IMG/VR virus record: IMGVR_UViG_2030936005_000025
Location: 128,001 to 192,000 of that record
DNA length: 64,000 bases
From: a virus
Taxonomy: Duplodnaviria > Caudoviricetes
Strand: one strand, 5' to 3'
This document shows positions 37,348 through 46,359 of this stretch, in pieces. Position numbers and translations under genes: made by a program. The notes under the pieces are model-generated. The model saw only the letters and a list, made by a program, of their open reading frames with translations, was not told the DNA's origin and did not search any database. Position 1 is the first letter of the stretch, and the number at the start of each line of letters is the position of its first letter.

Positions 37348-38145
37348 TTAAATCATTTTCAATAGGATTTCTTTCTCTGGACTGTTGTTCAGAGACCGGA
37401 TAGATCGTGCAACCATTTGCGGAGTAGAAGCCGTGCTCCAATGTGCTACATCTGCAAGTTGCTTGACTTCATTCTTTACAGCAATAGACTGAGAATAGAA
37501 GTTAATCGAGTTGTCCCCAAAGATTTGAATAGTTAATGTATTCATGGGGATGTTTGTCAATTTATCTGAACCCGTGAGCTTAGTATAGAACTGTGTGTAA
37601 TTCTTTATTGCTCCAGTGTGGGACTCAAGCAAGTTAAGTCGGCCGTAGGCTTTTGTCGTGACCAGGTCAACAGGATGACTGGTTAAGATTAAAGCTTGTC
37701 CAGCAAACTCAGGGATTACACTATCAACGTGGTTGATGTTCTTACCAAACTCAGGCAGAAGTTTATCAATAACGCTCTTGTCGAGCTGAGCAATTTCCTT
37801 CTGCTTGTCAGTTCCGTCCTTCTCTACATTCTTAAGCTTGGCCAATGGAAACAGCGCCGGAAGTCTCCGGTACGATGGATAGTAAAACTTGATATCCAGA
37901 TCTGTTTTCAATTTCAAAGCAACGATCGCTTCAGCCAACCCAATGATATCCTCTTTACATGCTTGATACAGTTCAGAGGGTGTTGGGACATATTGATCAT
38001 AAGCTTGTCGAGCATTACGAACAATGGTTCTTAGATTGATGAGAAAGGAATGGTATTTATACATCGGGACATTGGGTAATGCCTCCAATGCTAAAGCAGT
38101 ACCCACACTTATGGGTACCGTACCTTTAGTCCTTTCAACTGCCAT
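37348..38145 (-). CDS. Conserved protein (phiKZ gp66-like), possible PIN/5'-3' exonuclease fold
   Basis: FLINLRT strand plus LILTSHPVDL resemble FEN/PIN topology; synteny. Confidence 0.5.
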   Translation of the reverse strand: MAVERTKGTVPISVGTALALEALPNVPMYKYHSFLINLRTIVRNARQAYDQYVPTPSELYQACKEDIIGLAEAIVALKLKTDLDIKFYYPSYRRLPALFPLAKLKNVEKDGTDKQKEIAQLDKSVIDKLLPEFGKNINHVDSVIPEFAGQALILTSHPVDLVTTKAYGRLNLLESHTGAIKNYTQFYTKLTGSDKLTNIPMNTLTIQIFGDNSINFYSQSIAVKNEVKQLADVAHWSTASTPQMVARSIRSLNNSPEKEILLKMI

Positions 38146-39271
38146 TCATGACCTCGTCGAGTAAGTCCGCTAACATGTCACGATCAATGTCGTCATTCTG
38201 TTGAAGCGTGGATTCCATAAAGTTAAACAAACTATCCTTAAGGTTTCCATGGGTCAATGCCACACCGTTATACATTTCGGGAATGTACAGTGTATCATCG
38301 ATCTCGATGTTGTCCTCTTTAACATTCTCTAAGTCAAACGCGTATTGCGGATATTGCTCTTTGAAGTCATTAATCAGAGGTGTGGTAACAGATGACAATC
38401 CACCCACTAAACGAATGTGAGTGTTCTTCGGTGGTAACTTCGCTAAGTAATTGTTCAGTTCCTTTGCGACCTGCTTTGTATCCATCTCTTTATTGATCAG
38501 GATCTTATCATAGATCAGTGCGTTCTTGTTTTCCCAGAACTCAGCTTTGAAATCCTTGTCGTTAAACTCAAAACGATAAGCACCTTTTGGATGCATCTCA
38601 CCATGTGCGGTACGGTCAAATGAACCGGCACAATAAATGTTGAATCGTGTTGAGGGTTTGTGAATATGTCCGCTGAAGATGGCGTGCTTAGCTAACGCAC
38701 TCCACTTAACAGAATCATACAACGCACCTTTCTTGTTTGCCATTGGTGGAAGTTGATAATCAAACCCACCGTGCAAGAAGATGAAGTCTACCTGAGTCAG
38801 GTTCCACTCAGCCAATAACTTCAGGGCATTGTCGTAAATGATATCTGTAGATGTGTGACCGAAGTTATCCGGTACATACATACAGTGAATCTTCAACTCA
38901 GGAATGTACTCAATACTCAAGGTATTAATGTACTTGATATAAGGACTGTCCTTTGGCTTCAAGATATCAAAGCACTCAGGTTGCCCCCAATCGTGGGAAG
39001 AGGTTCCTTCCAGGACTCTGACATGAACTTTATTATCATGGCAGATTTGCAAGTGTTTCTTAATCCAACGATGACAGAGCATCATGTTTGGATCATTGGC
39101 CGGTGCTAAGTCGTGGAAGAAATCCCCATTCAGCACATTCAGATCAATCTCTGCCAGATTCGTTTCTTTATAGTAGAACGTATCCAGGTTGTTAAGAATA
39201 TGCCGCGTGGGAGTATTCGGGTGTATGGTGTGGTGATCGGTTGTTAAAACCGCTTTAAACATCTTTTTCAT
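38135..39271 (-). CDS. sbcD: Mre11/SbcD-like metallophosphoesterase nuclease
   Basis: TTDHH, NGDFFH, GTSSHD, FLHGGF and FSGHIH motifs. Confidence 0.85.
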   Translation of the reverse strand: MKKMFKAVLTTDHHTIHPNTPTRHILNNLDTFYYKETNLAEIDLNVLNGDFFHDLAPANDPNMMLCHRWIKKHLQICHDNKVHVRVLEGTSSHDWGQPECFDILKPKDSPYIKYINTLSIEYIPELKIHCMYVPDNFGHTSTDIIYDNALKLLAEWNLTQVDFIFLHGGFDYQLPPMANKKGALYDSVKWSALAKHAIFSGHIHKPSTRFNIYCAGSFDRTAHGEMHPKGAYRFEFNDKDFKAEFWENKNALIYDKILINKEMDTKQVAKELNNYLAKLPPKNTHIRLVGGLSSVTTPLINDFKEQYPQYAFDLENVKEDNIEIDDTLYIPEMYNGVALTHGNLKDSLFNFMESTLQQNDDIDRDMLADLLDEVMNGS

Positions 39272-39296
39272 TTTGTTCCTTACACCCGAAATACTG

Positions 39297-40097
39297 TTAG
39301 TCAGCTAACGGGTCGAATTCTTTATCAGGTTCGGAAGAAGTTTTGGTTTCTACTGTATTGCTTCCGTCGTTGAATTTAAATTCATGACCTGTTGATGCTG
39401 TAACTTCGGAGATCAGTTTCTTTTCATTGAAAGACAAAGTCTGACCGGTTGCATTACGATTGATGATACTTTCCAGTTGATCCAACAGTTGATCGTTACC
39501 ATTGATAGGTAATCCCTGATACGTTGCAGTATCACGCAGGTAGATGAACTGCTTAAGAGCTGCTGGGTTAACACCGTGACGCTGATAGTATTCATGCGGA
39601 ATCATCATGGTCAGGGTATCGTACTCAGGGTTCTGTTCGGTCAGCTTCTCAACGATATTGGTCAGCTCATTCAGAGTTGCATCCACTTCTGCTTTGTTCG
39701 GGTTGAACTTGGCATTAGCACCCATGGTACGAACATAATACTCCAGATAGCTCTGGTTGTTTACGCTCATGTCCATGTCGATGAACTTACGGATAACCAG
39801 AACCGGTTCTTTATCCTCGTTCAGGATAATGGCACCTTTGGTATAACCATCAGTCATACGGAACCAGGCATCTTGGTTGAAGTAGTTCTTATCGTTAATA
39901 AAACCGATAGCGAACTGAGTCAGCCAGTTCTGAACGAAATACTCTTCTTCCATCAAGATATATTCAGCGAACTCACCATCCGGTAACTGGATGATCTTCT
40001 TGCCGCTAATTTCCATTGCGCGAACAGAGCGCAGAAACTCTAAAAGCTTTCCGTGTTTCTGTTGGTCGATATTCTCAAAATCAGTTTCATTTGCCAT
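39297..40097 (-). CDS. Conserved hypothetical protein (266 aa)
   Basis: Acidic ORF with GAG SD in the core block. Confidence 0.65.
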   Translation of the reverse strand: MANETDFENIDQQKHGKLLEFLRSVRAMEISGKKIIQLPDGEFAEYILMEEEYFVQNWLTQFAIGFINDKNYFNQDAWFRMTDGYTKGAIILNEDKEPVLVIRKFIDMDMSVNNQSYLEYYVRTMGANAKFNPNKAEVDATLNELTNIVEKLTEQNPEYDTLTMMIPHEYYQRHGVNPAALKQFIYLRDTATYQGLPINGNDQLLDQLESIINRNATGQTLSFNEKKLISEVTASTGHEFKFNDGSNTVETKTSSEPDKEFDPLAD

Positions 40098-40506
40098 TGT
40101 TTAACTCTCGTGCCGTATCAATAAGTTTATAACTTCCGCCTTCGACATAAACAGAACGGGCCAGATCGTATTCTTTACCATCTTGGCCAACGACACCTGA
40201 CAAGACCAATGTAAACATTTTGTCTTCTGGATTATCGCGTTGTGCATACGCATCAATAGAGGCGGTATCAAAAATTTGCAACATATACTCGTTGAGGTTT
40301 TGTTTTATTTCAGCGAGGAATGGTGCTTCACTGTTCTTATCATCCTGGTGCTTTGCAACAACGTACTGATAGGAATGGATATCACGTAAGATGATACATT
40401 GGTCAATACGGTTAGCGAACCAGTAGGCAATAGCACGGTCAATTTTAACAGCCGGTTCTTGAATCCAACCGACAGTATCCATTGTTCCTACAACACCTTT
40501 AGGCAT
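40087..40506 (-). CDS. Conserved small protein, possible T4 gp25-like; likely start MPKGVV at 40506
   Basis: GGAG SD before 40506. A helices-then-three-strands pattern suggests a gp25-like fold (inference). Confidence 0.55.
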   Translation of the reverse strand: MPKGVVGTMDTVGWIQEPAVKIDRAIAYWFANRIDQCIILRDIHSYQYVVAKHQDDKNSEAPFLAEIKQNLNEYMLQIFDTASIDAYAQRDNPEDKMFTLVLSGVVGQDGKEYDLARSVYVEGGSYKLIDTARELNNGK

Positions 40507-40570
40507 TTCTTTTCTCCAATTAATAAGCTGATCAAAAGATAAAAACAAAAAAAATAAATGCATAAAGATC

Positions 40571-40596
40571 AGGATCTCCCAATTAAGGGAGATCCT
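40571..40596 (-). terminator. Hairpin after the small membrane peptide gene
   Basis: AGGATCTCCC-AATTAA-GGGAGATCCT with T-rich sequence downstream on the minus strand. Confidence 0.75.
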
Positions 40597-40602
40597 GTAG
40601 TC

Positions 40603-40773
40603 TTAGGCTTTGTTACGTTTGGCCATAACTGGAGCTGGAGTAAAGATAACTTTGAAAGCATCTTTGATCTGAGTGATTCCAACATAACCAATAACAACTG
40701 CGCCGATACCACCGAAGAAAGCTGCAGCGATTGCGACGTCATCAGGAGTAGTTGAGCTGAAGAAATTAAACAT
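40603..40773 (-). CDS. 56-aa single-transmembrane peptide (not in ORF track)
   Basis: MFNFFSSTTPDDVAIAAAFFGGIGAVVIGYVGITQIKDAFKVIFTPAPVMAKRNKA; GAGAGG SD; flanked by an early promoter and a hairpin. Confidence 0.75.
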   Translation of the reverse strand: MFNFFSSTTPDDVAIAAAFFGGIGAVVIGYVGITQIKDAFKVIFTPAPVMAKRNKA

Positions 40774-40817
40774 ATGCGCCTCTCTCTATATTAAATGAGT
40801 TAAAACTGTTTAGGTTT

Positions 40818-40845
40818 ATCACTTAAGTAATATAGGTCTGAAACC
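40818..40845 (-). promoter_or_regulatory. Putative early promoter (TATATTAC variant)
   Basis: CAGACCTATATTAC-TTAA-GTG. TATATTAC is the reported phiKZ early-promoter core. Confidence 0.7.
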
Positions 40846-40864
40846 AAATGCAGGTGAAATTGGG

Positions 40865-41587
40865 TCAGTCTTTTATTTGATCCCAAGTCTCAGAGCATAA
40901 GGTGATTGACTCTGGTAATTTCTTTTCGTCAAAGAGTTGCTTAATGATCGGGAAAGCAATCTCTGAGTCAGTACCGTATACCAGGGAAACGTGGAGCAAG
41001 AGGTCGTCGTAAGAATGTTTAAATCCTTCTTTGACCAGTTCTTTGTGTCGCTCAAGCACACCGCTGGATTCCAAGATCAGCGCACAAGAACGCCACTTAG
41101 AACCCGGCTTACCTAACATTTGCACACCGACTATCTGGCCTTTGTAGACCTTGTTAGATAATGATGGGACAATGTCTGGATTTCTTTCATCGTACATGAT
41201 CGTTGCATGAAGCTTGTTAACCGGGATTAAGTCAAGCTCCTCACAAACAGGCACGATTTCTTTATACAGTTTTGTACCGCTGGCTAAATCGACGTGTAAC
41301 TCAGCATAACCGTGATTCGACATAAGCTTTGGAACCTTTTTAATTTTTCCCGCACTCACAGCATAGAGGGCGGAGTCCAAACAATCTACAATATGACTTC
41401 CTATCAAATCTGTCTTATTCTTAAAGCGGTCTTTAAGAATTAAAAGAAGATGTTCCTCAGTCAAACCATTGGTAGAGAATTCGAACCTTGCCACACGGTT
41501 ATCGTCTTTATCGTAGACCTTGTATTGGTCCGGATGAGCAGACACCGTTCTGATACGACTATTTTCGTCCTGATGAATCGTCGCCAT
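40865..41587 (-). CDS. acb1: Acb1 (T4 57B)-like 2H phosphoesterase with N-terminal Tad1-like domain
   Basis: Two 2H motifs, LHATIMY and LHVSLVY, the latter preceded by GFKHSYDD. N-terminal NGLTEEHLLLILKDRF resembles the Tad1 core. Confidence 0.7.
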   Translation of the reverse strand: MATIHQDENSRIRTVSAHPDQYKVYDKDDNRVARFEFSTNGLTEEHLLLILKDRFKNKTDLIGSHIVDCLDSALYAVSAGKIKKVPKLMSNHGYAELHVDLASGTKLYKEIVPVCEELDLIPVNKLHATIMYDERNPDIVPSLSNKVYKGQIVGVQMLGKPGSKWRSCALILESSGVLERHKELVKEGFKHSYDDLLLHVSLVYGTDSEIAFPIIKQLFDEKKLPESITLCSETWDQIKD

Positions 41588-41750
41588 CTTTCTTTCCTGA
41601 ATGTTTGAGGATATAGGCGCGTTTCTCTTCGCGACTTAAACCCGGTGGAACTTCGATGTTTTCTTCGGCCAGCGCTTTATCCATACGCTTCTGATCAATT
41701 ACAACAATAGTACCTGCAACTTGAGATCGGCCTCGAATCATTCCTTTCAT
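41559..41750 (-). CDS. Small hypothetical protein (63 aa)
   Basis: GGAG SD; overlaps the acb1-like start. Confidence 0.6.
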   Translation of the reverse strand: MKGMIRGRSQVAGTIVVIDQKRMDKALAEENIEVPPGLSREEKRAYILKHSGKKDGDDSSGRK

Positions 41751-41785
41751 TATTTTTCTCCAACAAAAAAAAATAAAGAATAAAG

Positions 41786-41810
41786 GTAACCAGGGAGAAC
41801 CCCTGGTTAC
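41786..41810 (-). terminator. Hairpin with long T-tract
   Basis: GTAACCAGGG-AGAAC-CCCTGGTTAC. Confidence 0.75.
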
Positions 41811-41817
41811 ACTTCTG

Positions 41818-42471
41818 TTATTCAGACTCTTCTTTACGACGTTCTTCTACTTCTTCCAGTGACAGAATCTTATCGTTGATCGTTGACGATGGATCGAAGA
41901 GATTCTTAGCCAGATGTAAGTTAGTAGCCTGCCAGGTACGATGGATGTTCACACGTTCCGAGAAGGTGAGGTGAGTCAGATCATCTCGAGAACTGGTAAA
42001 CATCGTTCGGTTCAGAGTTTGTTCCTCTTTATCGAACATGACTTTACCATCGATAGAACGGTTATAGAAATAGTTATCACGACCTATCCCGTTACATGCT
42101 GCATGGAAATCGCCATCATAGCCAGAGATACGCTCTTGCTGATAGAGTTCCATCATCATCGGGTTAGCCATGATATAATCTCGCATAAAGCCAGTTGCAG
42201 ATTGCTGATACTGAACTTCAGAGAGATAACCGATTTCAAACCGTCCTACATACTGGCCGTCTTTTCCGTTAATGCGATTACTGAATTCCCACATACGACT
42301 GTCCATAAAACTTTTGTGGGCTTCTTTTACGGAGTTGAGAGTGTCTCCAAGCCATCCAGTTAAGTTGTCATACTTCTGAAACATCGAGGCCATATAGTTA
42401 TCAAATACGGCGGCGCTGTTATCAGTCATCGATCCGCTGGATGCTCTCATAAAGGCAGCTGTTACGTTCAA
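41818..42471 (-). CDS. Conserved core hypothetical protein (217 aa)
   Basis: Directly after the nvRNAP beta' N-subunit gene, as in phiKZ-like genomes. Confidence 0.65.
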   Translation of the reverse strand: MNVTAAFMRASSGSMTDNSAAVFDNYMASMFQKYDNLTGWLGDTLNSVKEAHKSFMDSRMWEFSNRINGKDGQYVGRFEIGYLSEVQYQQSATGFMRDYIMANPMMMELYQQERISGYDGDFHAACNGIGRDNYFYNRSIDGKVMFDKEEQTLNRTMFTSSRDDLTHLTFSERVNIHRTWQATNLHLAKNLFDPSSTINDKILSLEEVEERRKEESE

Positions 42472-42473
42472 GG

Positions 42474-44066
42474 TTAATCCTCAGCGATTGGTTCGCTCAA
42501 CAATAACGAGTTAATGTTTAACAGGTTAGTTTTGGTGTGCGTACCGAAACGACTTACTTTAAAAGGTTTGTTCGGGTCTAACATCTGATGGTGACCCCAG
42601 CTACTATATGCTTCAACCTTGGACATCATATCCGGGATGAAGATCACATACATTGCATCGCCATCAAAGTCCGCACCATATTCCTTAACAGTGGTGATTG
42701 GAATACGGATGGATTTGTCATCAAGGTCTCGAGAGAACTCGACGAAGAATGCACGCGCTGATAAATATTGAATCGATGGATTTCGGCCAGCCGTTGCCAT
42801 TGCAAACTTGTTGGTTTCAATCCAGGTATAGAACTCTTCAATCAGCGGATGGCGATAGTTATTCGCTGTCTTGATGATGTCCTTCACCTTCAGAGGTGTA
42901 TACCCTTTACGATACAACCAGTTGGTCAGATGTTTATCTAGACAGGTCAAACCATACAGCCACGGTAACACAATTGTGTCAGAACGACATACGCCAGATT
43001 CACCGGTAATAATAGAACGCCCGGTCATCGGTAATTTACCCGCACCTGCATGATATCGAATCATGCCCTTCTTACCAAACAGAATGTTCTTCTGTACTTC
43101 CATGAGCGCGTCAACCAAAGGCTTCATGTTTTTACCCATGAGGTCTTCGTTTTCTGCTGCACGCACATCATCAACACCATACGTATCGGCCAGTGTGAAA
43201 TAGATCTTATCCAGATCTGTTTGTTCCTTATTCACATAGCGGTCACGTTGGTCCGATTCAACAACAGTGGTGATTTTGTTCGGCAGTGGTAAATAGTTGA
43301 AGACAGCCTTTGTCTTAAACTCCTGCCAGAACAGCGCAAAGTCAGTACGATCTTTTTCGGTGAGGTCAAGTACCTTACTGATATCTTGCTCAATTGCTGA
43401 CATCACGATCAAATCCAGATTATCAATAAAGCTGTTATAGCCAAAGTTGATATTCAGGGTTGCTCGGAAACTTTCGATCTTAGCCGCAATCTTGAATGCA
43501 TTGTTGGTTGGATCACGGAAACGTTTCTCATCGCGAATGTTCGGGTTGATCCAATATTCAACCAGGTTAACTTTCGGAGATTTGGTATTCAGCTTACTGA
43601 AGAAGATCGACCACATCGCTGGATTAATAAACCCAGAGACATACGCCGGTGTTCTCAGCCAGACTTTTGTTTCAATACGCTGAGCCAGTGGTTTAACAAC
43701 TTCACTACCACAGTTGTCACACGTAAAGCCAGAGCCGATATAAATGTTACTGCGATACTTACGACAGTTACAGCTTGCAACCGTATCGAAGTTATTGCCT
43801 TCATACTCAGTACGAAGTAACTCGATGATTGCTGCACGGTGTTCTTCGATATTGAAGTCAAAGTCATTCAGATATATCGGGGCCGTTATCGATAGATCAT
43901 GTTTAACATTGAAGTCTTCAAAATCAGGATACAGTGGGGTATAGAACTCAGGATCATCTTCACGTGGTGTGATACCACTTGCTTTAATAATCCCCTTAAA
44001 CAGTTCGCTTGGAATCATGTTCTGATCCGCGTACTTATTTAAGATGTCCGCCATCGTGTTTGACAT
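42474..44066 (-). CDS. Non-virion RNA polymerase beta' subunit, N-terminal/catalytic part (phiKZ gp55-56-like); likely start 44066
   Basis: Catalytic YGADFDGD, Zn finger CNC...CDNC, GKKGMIR, TGRSII, RNPSI. The longer track start runs through a terminator. Confidence 0.9.
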   Translation of the reverse strand: MSNTMADILNKYADQNMIPSELFKGIIKASGITPREDDPEFYTPLYPDFEDFNVKHDLSITAPIYLNDFDFNIEEHRAAIIELLRTEYEGNNFDTVASCNCRKYRSNIYIGSGFTCDNCGSEVVKPLAQRIETKVWLRTPAYVSGFINPAMWSIFFSKLNTKSPKVNLVEYWINPNIRDEKRFRDPTNNAFKIAAKIESFRATLNINFGYNSFIDNLDLIVMSAIEQDISKVLDLTEKDRTDFALFWQEFKTKAVFNYLPLPNKITTVVESDQRDRYVNKEQTDLDKIYFTLADTYGVDDVRAAENEDLMGKNMKPLVDALMEVQKNILFGKKGMIRYHAGAGKLPMTGRSIITGESGVCRSDTIVLPWLYGLTCLDKHLTNWLYRKGYTPLKVKDIIKTANNYRHPLIEEFYTWIETNKFAMATAGRNPSIQYLSARAFFVEFSRDLDDKSIRIPITTVKEYGADFDGDAMYVIFIPDMMSKVEAYSSWGHHQMLDPNKPFKVSRFGTHTKTNLLNINSLLLSEPIAED

Positions 44067-44092
44067 AAAAAATAAACCCCTAAGTAAAAACA

Positions 44093-44120
44093 AGAATAGC
44101 GGGAACGAGCCCGCTATTCT
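44093..44120 (-). terminator. Hairpin after chimallin
   Basis: AGAATAGCGGG-AACGAG-CCCGCTATTCT. Confidence 0.75.
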
Positions 44121-44159
44121 TGTCATTTATCGTTTAACTACCTGGACCGTTAGTACTAA

Positions 44160-46088
44160 TTAGTACTGAGAGTACATGCCGTTAAAGCCACCGAAACCAG
44201 CAGCCTGTACAGACTGAGTGATCTGAGCAGTAATTGCATGGTTCAGGTAATCGTTACCGGTGTTCATGCTCCACATGGTCGCGGTGGTGGTACCAGACAG
44301 GGACAGAGTACCTGCAGTTGCCATTGCCTGCGCGAAGGTTGCGAAGAATGAGTTTTCCCACAGGAAGCGACGGTTCCAGCCATCCAGAATCACGTTTGCA
44401 CCGAACAGCTGGTTCAGACGGTTGTAGATGCTGTACTGACGGATCTTAACGTTGTCGCCACCCATAGAACCGTTGATCAGAGCTTGATACTCATTGATCG
44501 CAGATTCGTTCTGGCCGTAGTATGCATCCTGACGCAGGAACATACCATCAACTTCAGCCAGGTCAAACCACTTACCATCTTTACCTTGAGCGATACCGCT
44601 TGGCAGGATGATGTTGGTTTGTTTCAGGATGTCGTCACCGAAGGTCCACTCAGTGCGTGGGTTACGGTTCTGACCTTTGTTACCGTTCGCCTGCGCCAGC
44701 TCGCTGAACTTGCCGTTAGACAGCGCGTCGAGCATAGTGATCAGTGCACGGTGATAGGTAGAGCCAGCCGGTTTACCAACCAGAGACCACCAGAAGTCAG
44801 AGTTCGCAACGTCGCGAGTGAAGGTTGCCAGATCCAGAACGTAGACAGCCTGCGGAGCGATGTAAGTACCCAGCCAGTTGTTGACGATCTGTGCATTGGT
44901 GATGTTTTTCTCAGTGATGTACTGAGCGGTAGTGAATTGACCACCGACAGCCTGAACGATCTGAGACAGGTAGTGGTTGAAGTTACCGATGTTACCACGG
45001 TGACCCACTTCCTTACCACGGAATGCTTCTGACAGGTAACTGATGTGGTTCGCACCGATAGACGCGTACAGACCCAGCAGAGCAGTCAGCATAGAGCTGT
45101 TGTTGTTCAGGGTTTCACCAGGAACGGTCAGACCGGTAGAAACAACTGGTACCAGAGGACCAACGTTCATGCCAGGCTGACGAGCACGCGCCTGCTGGAA
45201 CTGGCTCTGAGACATCGCTTCCAGAGAAACGGTCATGTGAGCAGTTGCCACTGAACGGCTCTGAGAGCTGTTTGCAGACTGAGTACCGCCTTTGTTGGTG
45301 GTAGAGATTTTCGCCGCCAGGTTATACGGAGTTGGTACGCCATCGATGATCAGTTTGTTAACTGCTTCGATACGTGCAACCGCGGTGTCATCTTTACCGA
45401 ACAGTTTGCCATCTTTGAACGGGTTCGGGAATTCCACGCCGGCAACAGTCGCTTCCAGAGCCGCGATGTTGTACAGAGAGGTAGACCACTCTTTCAGGAT
45501 GCTGTTGCTGACATCGATAACCATGTTGTCCGCAGAGATCTGGTTTTTGATGTACGGTTCCAGGTTGCGAACGATCGGCGCCAGGATGATAACTTTGCTG
45601 GCGTTTTTGCCGTCAACGTAGGTGTACTGAGTTTTGATTTTCTCCAGCAGCTGTGGATCCATGAAGCCGGCAGCCGGTTTGGCGATTGCGCGAGCAGCTG
45701 GTTCGTTAGCCAGGTGGATAGATTCGGTCACTTCAGTAATACCGACTTTGTAGAACAGCACTGGCTGTACATAGACCGCGGTGCCGATGACAGTGTGCAG
45801 AGTCAGACCCGGCAGGTTTGGAGAAATGTCAGAAGTGATGGTGCGCACTTCTTTCGGCAGAGTCAGTTTCTGGATATCGCTGGCGGTGTTTTTGTTCAGC
45901 GTTTTGATGGTCTCTTCCAGAGACTTCATCACTTCGTTGACTTCCGCGATGTTGTTGGTAGAAGAGATCAGGTTCTGCTGACCCAGCAGAGCGAGTAACG
46001 GGTTGTTTGACATGTTGGTATTTTTACCTGCGTTGTTTGAAGAGTTGTTGCCAGAGTTGTCAGAAGAGTTGCGCTGATCAAGAGACAT
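44160..46088 (-). CDS. chmA: Chimallin, major nuclear shell protein (phiKZ gp54-like)
   Basis: 642 aa immediately upstream of the beta' N-subunit; low-complexity S/N N-terminus; very strong high-expression codon bias; own early promoter. Confidence 0.85.
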   Translation of the reverse strand: MSLDQRNSSDNSGNNSSNNAGKNTNMSNNPLLALLGQQNLISSTNNIAEVNEVMKSLEETIKTLNKNTASDIQKLTLPKEVRTITSDISPNLPGLTLHTVIGTAVYVQPVLFYKVGITEVTESIHLANEPAARAIAKPAAGFMDPQLLEKIKTQYTYVDGKNASKVIILAPIVRNLEPYIKNQISADNMVIDVSNSILKEWSTSLYNIAALEATVAGVEFPNPFKDGKLFGKDDTAVARIEAVNKLIIDGVPTPYNLAAKISTTNKGGTQSANSSQSRSVATAHMTVSLEAMSQSQFQQARARQPGMNVGPLVPVVSTGLTVPGETLNNNSSMLTALLGLYASIGANHISYLSEAFRGKEVGHRGNIGNFNHYLSQIVQAVGGQFTTAQYITEKNITNAQIVNNWLGTYIAPQAVYVLDLATFTRDVANSDFWWSLVGKPAGSTYHRALITMLDALSNGKFSELAQANGNKGQNRNPRTEWTFGDDILKQTNIILPSGIAQGKDGKWFDLAEVDGMFLRQDAYYGQNESAINEYQALINGSMGGDNVKIRQYSIYNRLNQLFGANVILDGWNRRFLWENSFFATFAQAMATAGTLSLSGTTTATMWSMNTGNDYLNHAITAQITQSVQAAGFGGFNGMYSQY

Positions 46089-46176
46089 GTATTCGATTCC
46101 TTTTAAACTTCGTGATATATAGATTAACGTTAATTTACATGGTGGGAGATAAGATGATTAAACATCTTGTCTACTA

Positions 46177-46210
46177 TGCACTATAATAATATAGACTTCA
46201 AAAATTATAG
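46177..46210 (-). promoter_or_regulatory. Putative early promoter of chmA
   Basis: TATAATTTTTGAAGTCTATATTAT-TATA-GTGCA. Confidence 0.7.
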
Positions 46211-46359
46211 GAACACGTTTTTTCACAATAAATCGTATGTATACTTAAAAAATAAACGTACGACTCCCGTGTATCCTTAAGGATGACCCTTAAGAATTAG
46301 TTTACATAATATAGAAATGTTACGTAATTTTTTACGGAGCATCTCATGAGGTTTAACCA

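Noticed and set aside
40558-40755. 65-aa plus-strand ORF in the track
   Set aside because: It starts across a terminator hairpin. The minus-strand 56-aa ORF has the SD, promoter and terminator.
44067-44126. N-terminal extensions in track ORFs (42474..44126; also 40087..40563, 54561..55127, 1798..2421, 22294..22872, 26578..26928)
   Set aside because: They run through terminators, promoters or upstream genes, and better SD-supported starts lie downstream.
46300-46320. Eighth early promoter (TATATTAT on the minus strand)
   Set aside because: Lacks the RTG at the 4-nt spacing seen in all seven others.
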